In this document: piece by piece, positions 13,117-24,482 of the stretch
Layout of the letters: each line of letters begins with the position of its first letter
How positions within the stretch are numbered: position 1 is the first letter of the stretch
Source of the DNA: Octopus sinensis
Lineage: Eukaryota
DNA length: 64,000 nt
Direction: 5' to 3'
Assembly: GCF_006345805.1 (NCBI RefSeq)
Contig: NC_043017.1
Span: 4,836,001-4,900,000, forward strand
The notes under the pieces: model-generated
What the model was told of the DNA's origin: nothing
Seen by the model: only the letters and a program-made list of their open reading frames with translations
Database searches by the model: none
Position numbers and translations under genes: made by a program

Positions 13117-13200
<84 letters not shown>
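12485..13200. repeat. Compound (TA)/(CA)/(TACA) microsatellite region
   Basis: Direct reading. Confidence 0.93.
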
Positions 13201-13204
<4 letters not shown>

Positions 13205-13373
13205 ACCTATCAATAAAACAATCTCCCAAAAAAAAAGAAAAAAATTAAACAAAAATTGAAAAGGTTCCCTAGAAGCATAATTCAATTGGAAACTACTTCA
13301 GGGGATTATATTTTTGTAATATCTTTTTATATAAAACTTATATCACCATACTATCATCTTCATCATCATTTGT

Positions 13374-13411
<38 letters not shown>

Positions 13412-13717
13412 CAGTAGTAGTTGAAATTGTAGTAGAGCGGTAAAAGAATTTGTCTGTATTTCCCTTATCATTGTCGCTATCGTATATTATCGTCATTAGA
13501 TAGAGTCATCGTCATAGTTGCCGTCATCACTATGAACATCCTTATCAACGCTCATCCCTATCAAATCGTGGTTTCAGTGTTATTGCCAATCAAAATCTAA
13601 TAAAAAGAATTGAAATTGTATGTCTGTGTATATGTACACATGCTTTTGTGTGTGTATGTATGTGTGTATGTATCTATCTATCTATCTGCATGCCTGCCTG
13701 CGGTAGATATGGTACTG

Positions 13718-13892
13718 GTGCCTCAGAAAATACCCACTAAATTCTATAAAGTAGTTAGCATTAGGAAGGGCATCCAGCAGTAGAAACTATGATAACAGGG
13801 GCTGTGGAGCCTTGTGCAGCTCCCAGGCTTGCCAGTTCCTGTCAAGCTGTCCAACACGTTCCAACATGGAAAATGGACATTGATGATGATTG
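13718..13892 (+). mobile_element. Diverged RTE 3' tail fragment (family E)
   Basis: TTAGGAAGGGCATCCAGC..GTAGAAAC...CATGGAAAATGGACATTGATGATGAT. Confidence 0.75.
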
Positions 13893-13921
13893 ATATATAT
13901 GTATTAGTTAACTCTCTCATA

Positions 13922-13973
13922 TCATCTCTGATTACAGGATATCCCTAAAATCTCAGAAACAGCTGTAAGGTGA
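13922..13973 (+). ncRNA. Degenerate minimal hammerhead ribozyme motif within a (TA)n-embedded element (about 13920-14180)
   Basis: Helix I TCATCT/AGGTGA (6 bp including one G.U), core CTGATTA (G8 substituted), GAA-ACAGCTGT palindromic helix III, GUA cleavage triplet; helix II decayed. Confidence 0.45.
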
Positions 13974-14249
13974 CCTTTCTCTTTATAAATGTCCTATAAA
14001 TTTCACACAACCTCAGCTTTATTGTCTCTTTTTATTTAACATACGCATGCTCTCGCAAGACCCGTATTAAACTCCTCACTCATATTATAATCAAACCGAG
14101 AGTCTAACTACAATTTTCCCATAGCAATTGCATAGACTTACCTACCATCTTGGTTCTTCTGGATACCAATACCTCCTTTATATATATATATATGCATGGA
14201 AAAAAAAGTCAAGGTAGAAAATGCTAAAATAATTTTATAAAAAACATTT

Positions 14250-14285
14250 CAGTACCAGTTTCAGTCATTGAGACTTTTTCAACTG
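14250..14285 (-). ncRNA. Minimal hammerhead-like motif with U3-A8 core variant
   Basis: Minus strand CAG-TTGAAAA-AGTC-TCAAT-GACT-GAA-ACTGGT-A-CTG: helix I 3 bp, helix II 4 bp, helix III near-palindrome ACTGGT (ACCGGT with one transition). Confidence 0.5.
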
Positions 14286-14432
14286 TAAGAATGGAAAACA
14301 ATTAAATTTTGGAAAAATTAAAAGAAAAGTATTTTTAAAAGAATATTTGCATAGTGTTCAAATACAAGGGGCATTTTCCTTGTTTCTGCCTGTCTCTGTC
14401 TCCCTTGTTTACTCTTGTGGGTTCGAGGTCAT

Positions 14433-14464
<32 letters not shown>

Positions 14465-14729
14465 AGAGGGAAATAAACATTGGAGATGCCTTGCCCCATG
14501 TAGAAACCACAGGAGCTATTTAGAGGGTTTCCAAGCTTTTCCAAATGCAACCAGTGTCGATGTGTTTACAATCCCTGGGGTCGACTTCTCCGACTAAAAC
14601 CCTTCAAGGTGGTGCTCCAACATGGCTGCAATCAAATGACTGAAACAAATTATATATATATTTTTTTTTTTTTTTTTTGTACTTGTTTCAGTCATTTGAC
14701 TGCGGCCATGCTGGAGCACCGCCTTTAGA

Positions 14730-14882
14730 GTGGTGAAAGAGTAGAGCAGGGATCACCACCTCCTGCCGGAGCCTCATGGAGCTTTTAGGTGTTTTCGCTC
14801 AATAAACACACACAACGCCCGGTCTGGGAATCGAAACCGCGATCCTCCGACCGCAAGTCCGCTGCCCTAACCACTAGGCCAT
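14730..14882 (-). mobile_element. 5' part of a family C SINE (tRNA-Arg-like head, OR-type)
   Basis: Reverse complement of the head of the 15133-15513 copy. Confidence 0.85.
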
Positions 14883-15132
14883 ATTATAATCTAAGCTTTG
14901 TCTCCTCGTAAAGCACATTTGCATATTACAGCTGCCACTTGTTTGTTTGCAGATGGTTTACTTCAAAGAGAAAAAATCATGCATAAAAATTGGATTGAAA
15001 GCCCTCGTCAAGTATCTTAGCTGCTGAGTAAATATGTACAAAGACTGGAGTTTATGGGATTATTCCTGTCTTCGTTTTATATATATGTATATATGTATGT
15101 ATGTATATACATATATATATATTTTAATAGTG

Positions 15133-15513
15133 GAGGCGCAATGGCCCAGTGGTTAGGGCAGCAGACTCGCGGTCGTAGGATCGCGGTTTCGATTCCCAGA
15201 CTGGGCGTTGTGAGTGTTTATTGAGCGAAAACACCTAACAGCTCCACGAGGCTCTGGCAGGGGATGGTGGCGATCCCTGCTGTACTCTTTCACCACAACT
15301 TTCACTCACTCTTACTTCCTGTTTCTGTTGTACCTGTATTTCAAAGGGCCGGCCTTGTCACTCTCTGTGTCACGCTGAATATCCCCGAGAACTACGTTAA
15401 GGGTACACGTGTTTGTGGAGTGCTCAGCCACTTACACGTTAATTTCACGAGCAGGCTGTTCCGTTGATCGGATCAACCGGAACCCTCGTTGTCGTAACCG
15501 ACGGAGTGCTTCC
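15133..15513 (+). mobile_element. Full-length young family C SINE
   Basis: Head GGCGCAATGGCCCAGTGGTTAGGGCAGCAGACTCGCGGTCGTAGGATCGCGGTTTCGATTCCCAG with A/B boxes; CpG-rich. 5' half also at 36766-36905, 3' half at 43215-43380. Confidence 0.9.
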
Positions 15514-15779
15514 AAAAATATAATAATAATAATATGAAGGAATATTATTCCAAACTTACAGGGAAAAATTCAATTTAGAAATACTAAATCAAATTTCACA
15601 GAATATAATATTTATATATAAATTAGAAAAAAACCACCTTTTATCAATTCAATAATGAAAAATTAAATTACACCATCTAGAAAATTACATATTATAGAAA
15701 AATTAAATATAAGATAAAAAATATAATGATGATTAAGTAATGTGCAAACATGCAAAATATAAATAAAACGTATATATTT

Positions 15780-15822
<43 letters not shown>

Positions 15823-15850
15823 TATATAATACATACATACACACACCACA

Positions 15851-16060
15851 CATGAGGGGTGCTGAAAATTTCCTGGCTTTGAGTAAAAGAAAATACAGGA
15901 GGATCAATCACGATTGTATTCAACATTTCCTCTCACAGATTCTCACACATATTGTAGCGATCCTCCAGTTTTTGTAACCCTGTAAAAGAACTCAGAAGGT
16001 TGGCTCTCCAACCAAGCCTTTCATGATACCCCTAAAGCCAGGACCTTTTCAACACCCCAT
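15851..16060. mobile_element. Tc1/mariner-derived MITE (~210 bp)
   Basis: Imperfect TIRs GAGGGGTGCTGAAAATTTCCTGGCTTT and AAAGCCAGGACCTTTTCAACACCCC; second copy at 37378-37541. Confidence 0.75.
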
Positions 16061-16066
16061 TATCTG

Positions 16067-16069
<3 letters not shown>

Positions 16070-16099
<30 letters not shown>

Positions 16100-16236
16100 T
16101 TATATATATATATATATTATATATATATATATATTATATATGTATATATCTATATATATGTATATATTATATAGTATATATATATATATTATATGTATTA
16201 TATTTATATAATATATATATATATATATATATTATG

Positions 16237-16269
<33 letters not shown>

Positions 16270-16298
16270 CTATAGATATATATCTGTATATATATATG

Positions 16299-16354
<56 letters not shown>

Positions 16355-16495
16355 TTATATTATGTATATATATATATATGTATATATATAATATATGTAT
16401 AATGTATATAATATATGTATATGTATGATATATGTATATGTATATGTATATATATATGTATATGTATAATATATGTATAATGTTATATATATATG

Positions 16496-16548
<53 letters not shown>

Positions 16549-17258
16549 GTATATATATAGATATATGTATATGTATAATATATATGTAATATATATATAT
16601 ATATATATTTGTATATATATATGTAATATATATATATATGTATATGTATATGAATATATGTATATTGTATATATATATGTATAAATTATATATATATAGG
16701 TATATATATATGTATAGTATATATTAATATATATGTATATATATATATGTATATATATCTGTATATATATATATGTATATATATGTAATATATATATATA
16801 TATATATATAATGTATATGTATATATATATGTATATGTTATATATATAAGTTAGTATATATATATGTATATTTATATAATATAAGTAATATATATATATA
16901 TGTATGTTTATAATATGTAGGTATATGTATAATTATATATGTATATATATATAATGTATGCATATATATATATGTATGTATATATATATATGTATGTTAT
17001 ATATATATGTATGTATTATATATGTTATATATATATATGTTAATGTATATATTATATGTATGTAGATATATATATGTATATATATTATGTATGTATATAT
17101 ATATATGTATATGTATGTATATATATATATGTATGTATATAGATATAGTATGTATATATATATATGTATATGTATTATATATATGTATATATATGTATAT
17201 GTTATGTTATTATGTATATAATGTATATAATATATGTATATATATCTATGTATTATAT

Positions 17259-17289
<31 letters not shown>

Positions 17290-17435
17290 ATATATGTTAT
17301 ATGTATATATATGTATATATGTATTATATGTATATATGTATATATATGTATATATATATATAAGATATATATATATAATTATATATAATTGTAGATATAT
17401 ATATATATGTATATTATATATATATGTATATATAT
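16070..17435. repeat. ~1.4-kb degenerate (TA)n/(TATG)n microsatellite
   Basis: Direct reading. Confidence 0.97.
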
Positions 17436-17713
17436 GCCAGCACCGCCTCAACTGGCTTCCGTGCCGGTGGCACATAAAATACACCAATCTGACCGTGGCC
17501 GTTGCCAGCCCCGCCTGGCACCTGTGCAGGTGGCACGTAAAAAGCACCCACTACACTCACGGAGTGGTTGGCGTTAGGAAGGGCATCCAGCTGTAGAAAC
17601 ATTGACAGATTAGACTGGAGCCTGGTGCAGCCTTCTGACTTCCCAGAACCCCGGTCGAACCGTCCAACCCATGCTAGCATGGAGAACGGACGTTAAACGA
17701 TGATGATGATGAT
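17436..17713 (+). mobile_element. RTE 3' UTR/tail (family E)
   Basis: GTGCCGGTGGCAC hairpin repeats, AGCACCCACTACACTC...GGACGTTAAACGATGATGATGAT. Confidence 0.88.
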
Positions 17714-17721
17714 GTATATAT

Positions 17722-17880
17722 ATGGGTTGGTCAAAAAGTCTGGCTTTTTTAAGCAGAAAACACCAGTTTTAATCACAAAGTAATTAATTCTATCAATCAT
17801 ATAATTACCGTTTCATTCCAGTATCTTCTGGTTTCTCGTTAGCAGATCCATTATTCTTAGCTCAAAGAATCTCCCACCTT
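17722..17880 (-). pseudogene. Mariner 3' end fragment (TIR plus transposase C-terminus)
   Basis: TIR-like ATGGGTTGGTCAAAAAGT; minus strand reads RFFELRIMDLLTRNQKILE*NGNYMID, matching the mariner C-terminal F..GI.KL..RW.K...NG.Y pattern. Confidence 0.65.
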
Positions 17881-18628
17881 TACTGTGTGTGTGTGTGTGT
17901 GTGTGTGGTCTCAAGTTAAGTCACACTAGCAACTTTGGGCAAATGTCTTCTGCTGTAGCCCTGGGGCCAACCAATGCTTTGTGGATCAATATCATTAAAT
18001 GTTTGGTAATTATTCCATCAGTCTCTGGAAGAATTAGACTTAAAAAACAAAAATAACCACTAGGTTTGATTCGTTTGACTAAACCCTTCAAAATGGTGCC
18101 CCAGCATGGCCACAATTGAATGACTGAAGCAAATGAAATGTAACAGAAGACATATATGTATATAGATATAAACACTCACACACACACACAACACACATAC
18201 ATCCATATTGGTGTTTGTTGTGTGCATATAATGTATGCGCATAAATTATCATATATTAACAAAAAAAAAACCCGTTACATCAATAAATTAAATGGTGTGT
18301 ACAGTCTCAATAGAACATCAACAGTATCCGGCTATTGATCACATCCCAATATATCGATCACATTTTCATATATTGATCACAGGGAGGCTTCCAACCACAC
18401 ACACCTCTGTAACATTTATTGATGTATGCCTTAGGTGCGGGGCCTGACTTTCAGAGGTGAAGGTCGACTTAATCCTTTTAACTGACACTGCTGTTTGATT
18501 TATTGACCCCACAGAGAAGAAATAATACAGCTGATGCTTATGTGATTTGAACCCTGTACATGACAGGGCAACTTTAAAATCCCCTTTGTGTGTTTGGTTT
18601 TGTACTCCCTTTTCTACTCTGTGTATGC

Positions 18629-18668
<40 letters not shown>

Positions 18669-18779
18669 AACTGCATCAATGGGAGATATGCAGAGCAGGC
18701 CTAAAATATGAATAAAAATAAAAATATGAATAAAAATAAAAATAAAAATATGAATAAAGATAACGAATATAATAATTCT

Positions 18780-19931
18780 TTCAGTCTTTTCTTTTATTCG
18801 TTTATTTGTTTCGGTCATATTTGACTGTCACCATGCTGGAGCACCGTCTTTCGTCAAACAAATCAGCCCCCAGGACTTATTCTTTGTAAGCCTAGCACTA
18901 TTTTCTATCAATCTCTTATTGCCGAACTGGTAAGTTACAGGGGATGTAAACACACCAACATTGGTTGTCAAGCAATGGTGGTGGGGACAAAGACAGACAC
19001 AAACACAAACATATATATAAATATATGTATCATCATCATCGTTTAACGTCCGCTTTCCATGTTTGGACGATTTGATTGAGGTCTGGCGAACCAGACTCCA
19101 GTCTGATCTGGTAGAGTTTCTACGGCAGGATGCCCTTCCTAATGCCAACAACTCTGAGAATGTAGTGGGTGCTTTTTACGTGCCAGGCGAGGCTGGCGAA
19201 CAGCCATGATCGGTAGGTGCTTTTTACGTGCCATCGGCATAGAAGCCAGTCAAGGTGGCGCTGGCATCAGCCACGTTCGGCTGGTACTTTTTACGTGCCA
19301 CTGGCACAGGTATCACAAGTACAATATACATATATATATATATATATGCACACACACATACATGCACATGTATACTCTCTCCAAATCTTACCAACAACCT
19401 GATAGACAATATAATTCAGTGAAACCATCCTTATTCAACCTTCTCGTACACGATTAACCTTCATAGCAGGAAAATTGTTACTAAATCTCACAGGAAGTTG
19501 TGTGTTTTTCTTCCCATTTTATTAGGATTTCTATTACTGTATAAACATACCTTTTATCATTATCGTTATTATTTGTATTAAACAGTTAAGTGTTTTTTGT
19601 CTTTGGTTTTTGGCCTTAGCCCAGCAGTTTCTCTATATTTGATGTTCTAGTTTAATGTTTATATTAAGAACTATACACACATATATATCATCATCATCAT
19701 TTAACGTCTGCTTTCCATGCTGGCATGGGTTGGACAATTTGACTGAGGACTGGCGAACCAGATGGCTGCACCAGGCTCCAATCTGATCTGGCAGAGTTTC
19801 TACAGCTGGATGCCCTTCCAAACGCCAACCACTCCGAGAGTGTAGTGGGTGCTTTTACGTGACACCGGCCCTAGGGCCAGTCAGGCGACACTGGCAACGG
19901 CCCCCACTCAAATGCAGTTTTTTATGTGCCA

Positions 19932-19932
<1 letters not shown>
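18780..19932 (-). mobile_element. Family A 3' half (18780-19010) and two RTE 3' tails (19030-19325, 19687-19932)
   Basis: CATCATCATCGTTTAACGTCCGCTTTCCATGC... is the reverse complement of the RTE tail. Confidence 0.85.
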
Positions 19933-19977
<45 letters not shown>

Positions 19978-20539
19978 GACATACACACACATGAAAATAT
20001 GTCTCTTTTTTAAGTTATGTTATGGGGATGTAAACCAACCAACAGAAGTTGTCAAGTGGCGAAGGGGGACAAACACTGATACTAATACACATGCAAACAC
20101 AGAAAGACACACACACACACACATGATGGGCTTCTTTCAGTTTCCATTTTCTAAATCGTCTTACAAGTCTTTGGTCGGCCCAAGGCTATAGTAGAAGACA
20201 CTTGCCCAAGGTGCCATGTGGTGGGACTGAACTCAGAACCATGTAGTTGGGAAGAAGACCGCAAAGAATCTTGTCTGATAAATTAATATTTTGACCCTGG
20301 GAGGGTGAAGGACAGGATAGAAAGGCTAAGTAAGGTTTGAACTGAAGCTCAAAGAAATACCTCAAAGCATTTTGTCTGCTCTTCTAACAACCACGCCAAC
20401 TGGTTCCACAGACGTGCACACACACACACACACACACACATATATTTGACAGGTGGTTATTATTGTTTCAAATTGAACATTGTTGAGGTCAAAGTTCTCT
20501 GTGGTAAGTAGTGGTAGTAGGTGTAGTGTTTGACATGTA

Positions 20540-20770
20540 TATAGATGTGATGTTGACATATCCGTCAAGTGTACCGTTGACAATGGATTTTTGGGATTTA
20601 CTGTTGATGACATATCTGTCAGATCTATTGTGGATGACGTATCTGTTGACAACGTGCCTGTCAGATGTAGTGTTGACGTACCTGCTGGACATAGTGTTGA
20701 CGTGCTTGCCAGATGTAGCATTGACATCTCTGTCAGGCATAGCATCAACCTGTACATCTGGTTTAGTGTT
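20540..20770. repeat. Degenerate ~24-bp minisatellite (TGTCAGATGTAGTGTTGACGTACC-like) rich in TGACA/TGTCA mini-palindromes
   Basis: About 8-9 imperfect units; an inverted unit also lies at 21036-21067. Confidence 0.7.
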
Positions 20771-20780
20771 GAACTGTATA

Positions 20781-21035
20781 TGAGAAGTATTTATTTACTT
20801 TATTTACAATCAACGGATATTTGTCCTCATCTTGTTTGTTGTTAACGCAACGTTTTGGTTGATATACTCTCCAGCCTTCATCAGGTGTCTTGGGGAAATT
20901 TCTAACCTGGGTTCTCATTCCTAAGGTATTTTTCGATGTTGTTATTATTCAGGTCACTGCCTGGAATTGAACTCGGAATCTTGGGGTTAGTAGCCCGCGC
21001 TCTTAACCACTATGCCATTTGCTCGTGGCAGGCAC
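20781..21035 (-). mobile_element. tRNA-headed SINE (family L) carrying a decayed hammerhead motif
   Basis: A-box TGGCATAGTGG (21007-17), B-box GAGTTCAATTC (20964-74), (AAT)n linker, then GACAC-CTGATGA-A-GGCTG...CAACC-AAA-ACGT-T (20844-20889). Confidence 0.8.
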
Positions 21036-21067
21036 ATCAACGCTACATCTAACAAGCACATTGTCAA

Positions 21068-21290
21068 CAAGAATCCGAGTTCGATTCCAGGCAGTGACCT
21101 GAATAATAATAATAATAACAACAACAACATCGACAAATACCTTAAGAATGAGAACCCAGGTTCGAAATTTCCCCAAGACACCTGATGAAGGCTGGAGAGT
21201 GTATCAGCTGAAACGTTGTGTTAACAACAAACAAGATGAGGACAAATATCCATCAAATGTAAATAATGTACATAATTCCTCATCTCTTAA
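21068..21290 (+). mobile_element. 5'-truncated family L SINE, inverted relative to the 20781-21035 copy
   Basis: Starts at the B-box GAGTTCGATTC and is colinear with the reverse complement of 20781-20985. Confidence 0.85.
21177..21222 (+). ncRNA. Minimal type I hammerhead ribozyme motif (intact core)
   Basis: GACAC / CTGATGA / A / GGCTG-GAGAGTGTAT-CAGCT / GAA / ACGT / T / GTGTT: helix I 5 bp, helix II 5 bp, self-complementary ACGT helix III, predicted cleavage after GUU (21217). Activity untested. Confidence 0.65.
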
Positions 21291-22227
21291 ATATAGAACT
21301 GTAGAAGCATTTTTGATATTTCTATCAAATCCAACATTGAATTTGTATATCAAATGTAGTCTTCATGTGTATACCATATATTATCCTATATAACAGCTGT
21401 TTACATTCACATGTATACCACATGTGTTGACAAATATATATATACCAATTATGTAGAGCATATTGAGCTTTTCTGAAAATTTATTGGATGTAGTAGTAGT
21501 AGTAGTAGTATTGGTAGTAGTAGCATGTTATTCTATTTTTAGTTGGGTCACAGTAACATTGTGGTAACGGTGGTGGTTAATGGTAGTAGTGGCGGTGGTG
21601 GTTGTGGTGGTGGTGATGGAATCGGTAGTGGTGGTGGTGGAAGTAGGAAACGGTTGTCTTTGCTCTTCAATGTTCCCATTTAATGTTTCTCTTAGCATCA
21701 ATAGCTGTGCCCTGTTTATAGCAAGTTGCAGGATCAATCTAAGCTGTTTGTTTGTATGTGTGTCCGTGTGTCCCCTCTTTCCCCGTCGTTGTTAGGATAT
21801 GTCAGATCAGATAATTAGAACAGCTTGGGTTTGTTTTCAGCGAGATTTATTGATGTTTGTACACAAACATGCACGCACACACACACACACGCACGCACAC
21901 ACGCACGCACGCACGCAAATGTGTTCATGCAACATATACACAAATTTTCTTGTGGTCGATGGAGGAATTATTATTATTATTATTATTATTATTGTTATTG
22001 TTATTATTATTATTATTATTATTATCATTATTATTATTATTATTGTTGTTGTTAACTTTTTTTCTTCTTCTTTCAAATTTGCTTCCATTTCTTGCCGAGT
22101 GTCTTCCCGACTCCTAGGGCAAAGAAACTCATAGTATACATTGGTAGGCCATTAAACTAAGCTCACTCGTTCGTTCATTTTTTTTTTTTTTTTAAAGTTA
22201 AATTAGAATATTAAATTATTATTATTA

Positions 22228-22260
<33 letters not shown>

Positions 22261-22264
22261 GAGT

Positions 22265-22900
22265 TAAGGTGGTGAGCAGGCAGAAACGTTAGCACGCTGG
22301 GCAAAATGCTTTGCGGTATTTCATCTGCTGCTACGTTCTGAGTTCAAATTCCGCCGAGGTCGACTTTGCCTTTCATCCTATCGGGGTCGATTAAATAAGT
22401 ACCAGTTACGCACTGGGGTCGATATAATCGACTTAATCCGTTTGTCTGTCCTTGTTTGTCCCCTCTGTGTTTAGCCCCTTGTGGGTAGTAAAGAATTAGG
22501 TATTTCGTCTGTCGCTACATTCTGTGTTCAAATTTTGCCAAGATCAACTTTGCCTTTCATCCTTTTGGGGTCGATAAATTAAGTACCAGTGAAACACTGG
22601 GGTAGATTGTAATTGACTCATCGCCCCCTCACCTAAAATTTCAGGAGTTGAGCCTATTGTAGAAAGGATTACTATCATCATTATTAAGGTGGTAAGCTAG
22701 CTGAATCAACAGACTGGATGAAAAGCTTAGTGGTATTTTATCTGTCTTTAAGTTCTGAGTTCAAATTCCTCCGAGGTCAACTTTCAGGGTCAGTAAATTA
22801 AGTACCAGTAAAAACACTGGAGTCACTGTAATCAACTAACACCCTCCCTCTAAAATTGCTGCTCTTGCGCCTGTAATAGAAATAATTATCATCATCATCA
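22265..22900 (+). mobile_element. Dimeric family B SINE plus a further diverged copy
   Basis: First monomer ends GCCCCTTGTGGGTAGTAAAGAA and is fused to a headless second monomer (GGTATTTCGTCTG...). The same junction occurs at about 4200-4220 on the minus strand. Confidence 0.88.
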
Positions 22901-22959
22901 TCATGTCATTGATATCAGTAACAACTATAATGGTTTCAAATTTCGTTACATGTGTATAT

Positions 22960-23828
22960 ATGTTTGTTTGTCTGTGTTTGTCCTCCCAACGTCACTTGAC
23001 AACCGATGCTGGTGTCTTTATGTAACTTAGCGGTTCGGCAAAAGAGACTGGTAGAATAAGTACTAGGCTTCCAAAGAGTAAGTCCTAGGATTGATTTGCT
23101 CGACTAAATAAGGCGGTGCTCCAGCATGGCCACAGTCAAATGGCTGAAACAAGTAAAAGAGTAAAAGATTATTTGTTGCATTTTCATTTTAACGGTCAAT
23201 CTCTATTTATTACCAATAACAGCCATGTTCTTACTGTTTCTTTACCTTCGTGAAGAGTAATTTCAATCTTGAAATAATCATAATAATAATGATCCTTTCT
23301 ACTAAAAGTACAAAGCCTGAAGATTTTGGGGAAGGGAACCAGTCAATTACATCAACCCCAGTGTTTCACTGGGACTTAATTTATCGACCCCGAAAGGATG
23401 AACAGCAAAGTTGACCTTGGTAGAATTCGAATAATAATAATCCCTTCTACCATAGGCACAAGGTCTGAATATTTTAGGAGAGTAGACTAGTTGATTACAT
23501 CGACCCCAGTGTATCACTGGTACTTAATTTATCGACCCTGAAAGGATGAATGACGAAATTAACCTTGGTCGAATTTGAACTCGGAATGTAAGGACCGATA
23601 AAATTCCAGAAAGCCTTTTCAGCCGGCTTGCTAATGATTCTGCCAGCTCAATTCACAATCAATTTTTTAGTGTTTACATAACCTGTTTCTTTGTTTTATT
23701 ACGGTATACCTGGTGTGTCTGTATGTGTGCACATTAGATTGAAGACGTATGTGTGTGTGTATATATATATATATGTATATATATAATTATGCAAATAAAT
23801 GAATAAAACAGCTTGGGTTTGAGATGCA

Positions 23829-23864
<36 letters not shown>

Positions 23865-23958
23865 TATATATCAAATCCAAGCTGTTTTATTTAAATTGTT
23901 TATCCACGTAATTGCCTCCATGTTTGCTCACCTGGATTCTTCTGAAAGAAGCCCGTTG

Positions 23959-23993
<35 letters not shown>

Positions 23994-24150
23994 TTGTGTG
24001 TCTGTGTTTGTCCCCCCAACATCATTTGACAACCGATGCTAGTGTGTATATGTCCCCGTAACTTAGAAGTTTGGCAAAAGAGACTGATAGAATAAGTACT
24101 AAAGGTGGTGCTCCAGAATGGCCACAGTCAAATGACTGAAACAAGTATAA
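22960..24150. mobile_element. Family A 3' halves (+; 22960-23170, 23930-24150) and about 3 family B copies (-; 23290-23650)
   Basis: Identity to the other copies. Confidence 0.8.
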
Positions 24151-24158
24151 AAAAAAAG

Positions 24159-24192
<34 letters not shown>

Positions 24193-24285
24193 ATACATAC
24201 ACATACACACATATAAACGTATGAAATATAACTCACCATCCATTTATATACAGGTGATCCCAATTAGGGAACATTTATGTGAGTA

Positions 24286-24482
24286 TTTGACCTGCTAGAA
24301 ACAGCAGCAAATTATCTATTATTTTACCTCCTACCAACACGATGAGGAGGGGTGACATTGGAAAATGTAGTTCTAGATTTACAGTGCCTGAGTTGAGGAG
24401 AGTATGATCATGGATCAAATGGCTTTGACCATGTGTCTGCTTGATGAGGTCTGACCTTGGGCTAAACACCAAAAACAACACA
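24286..24482 (+). mobile_element. Unclassified interspersed repeat family H
   Basis: TGACCTGCTAGAAA(T)AGCAGC...GACCT(G/T)GGGCTAAACAAC. Related pieces at about 7610-7670, 25060-25120, 27745-27900, 29065-29430, 33490-33620 and 60585-60615. Confidence 0.6.

Noticed and set aside
14115-14180. Minus-strand donor-like GTAG|GTAAGT
   Set aside because: Lies inside a TA-embedded repeat with no usable acceptor.
15133-15205. tRNA-Arg-like sequence (and other SINE heads) as tRNA genes
   Set aside because: They run straight into SINE bodies, lack a proper acceptor stem and terminator, and occur as many diverged copies.
16933-17547. 204-aa ORF and the other YI/HT/VC-repeat ORFs (e.g. 12137-12928, 33623-34153)
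   Set aside because: Dinucleotide-repeat artefacts.
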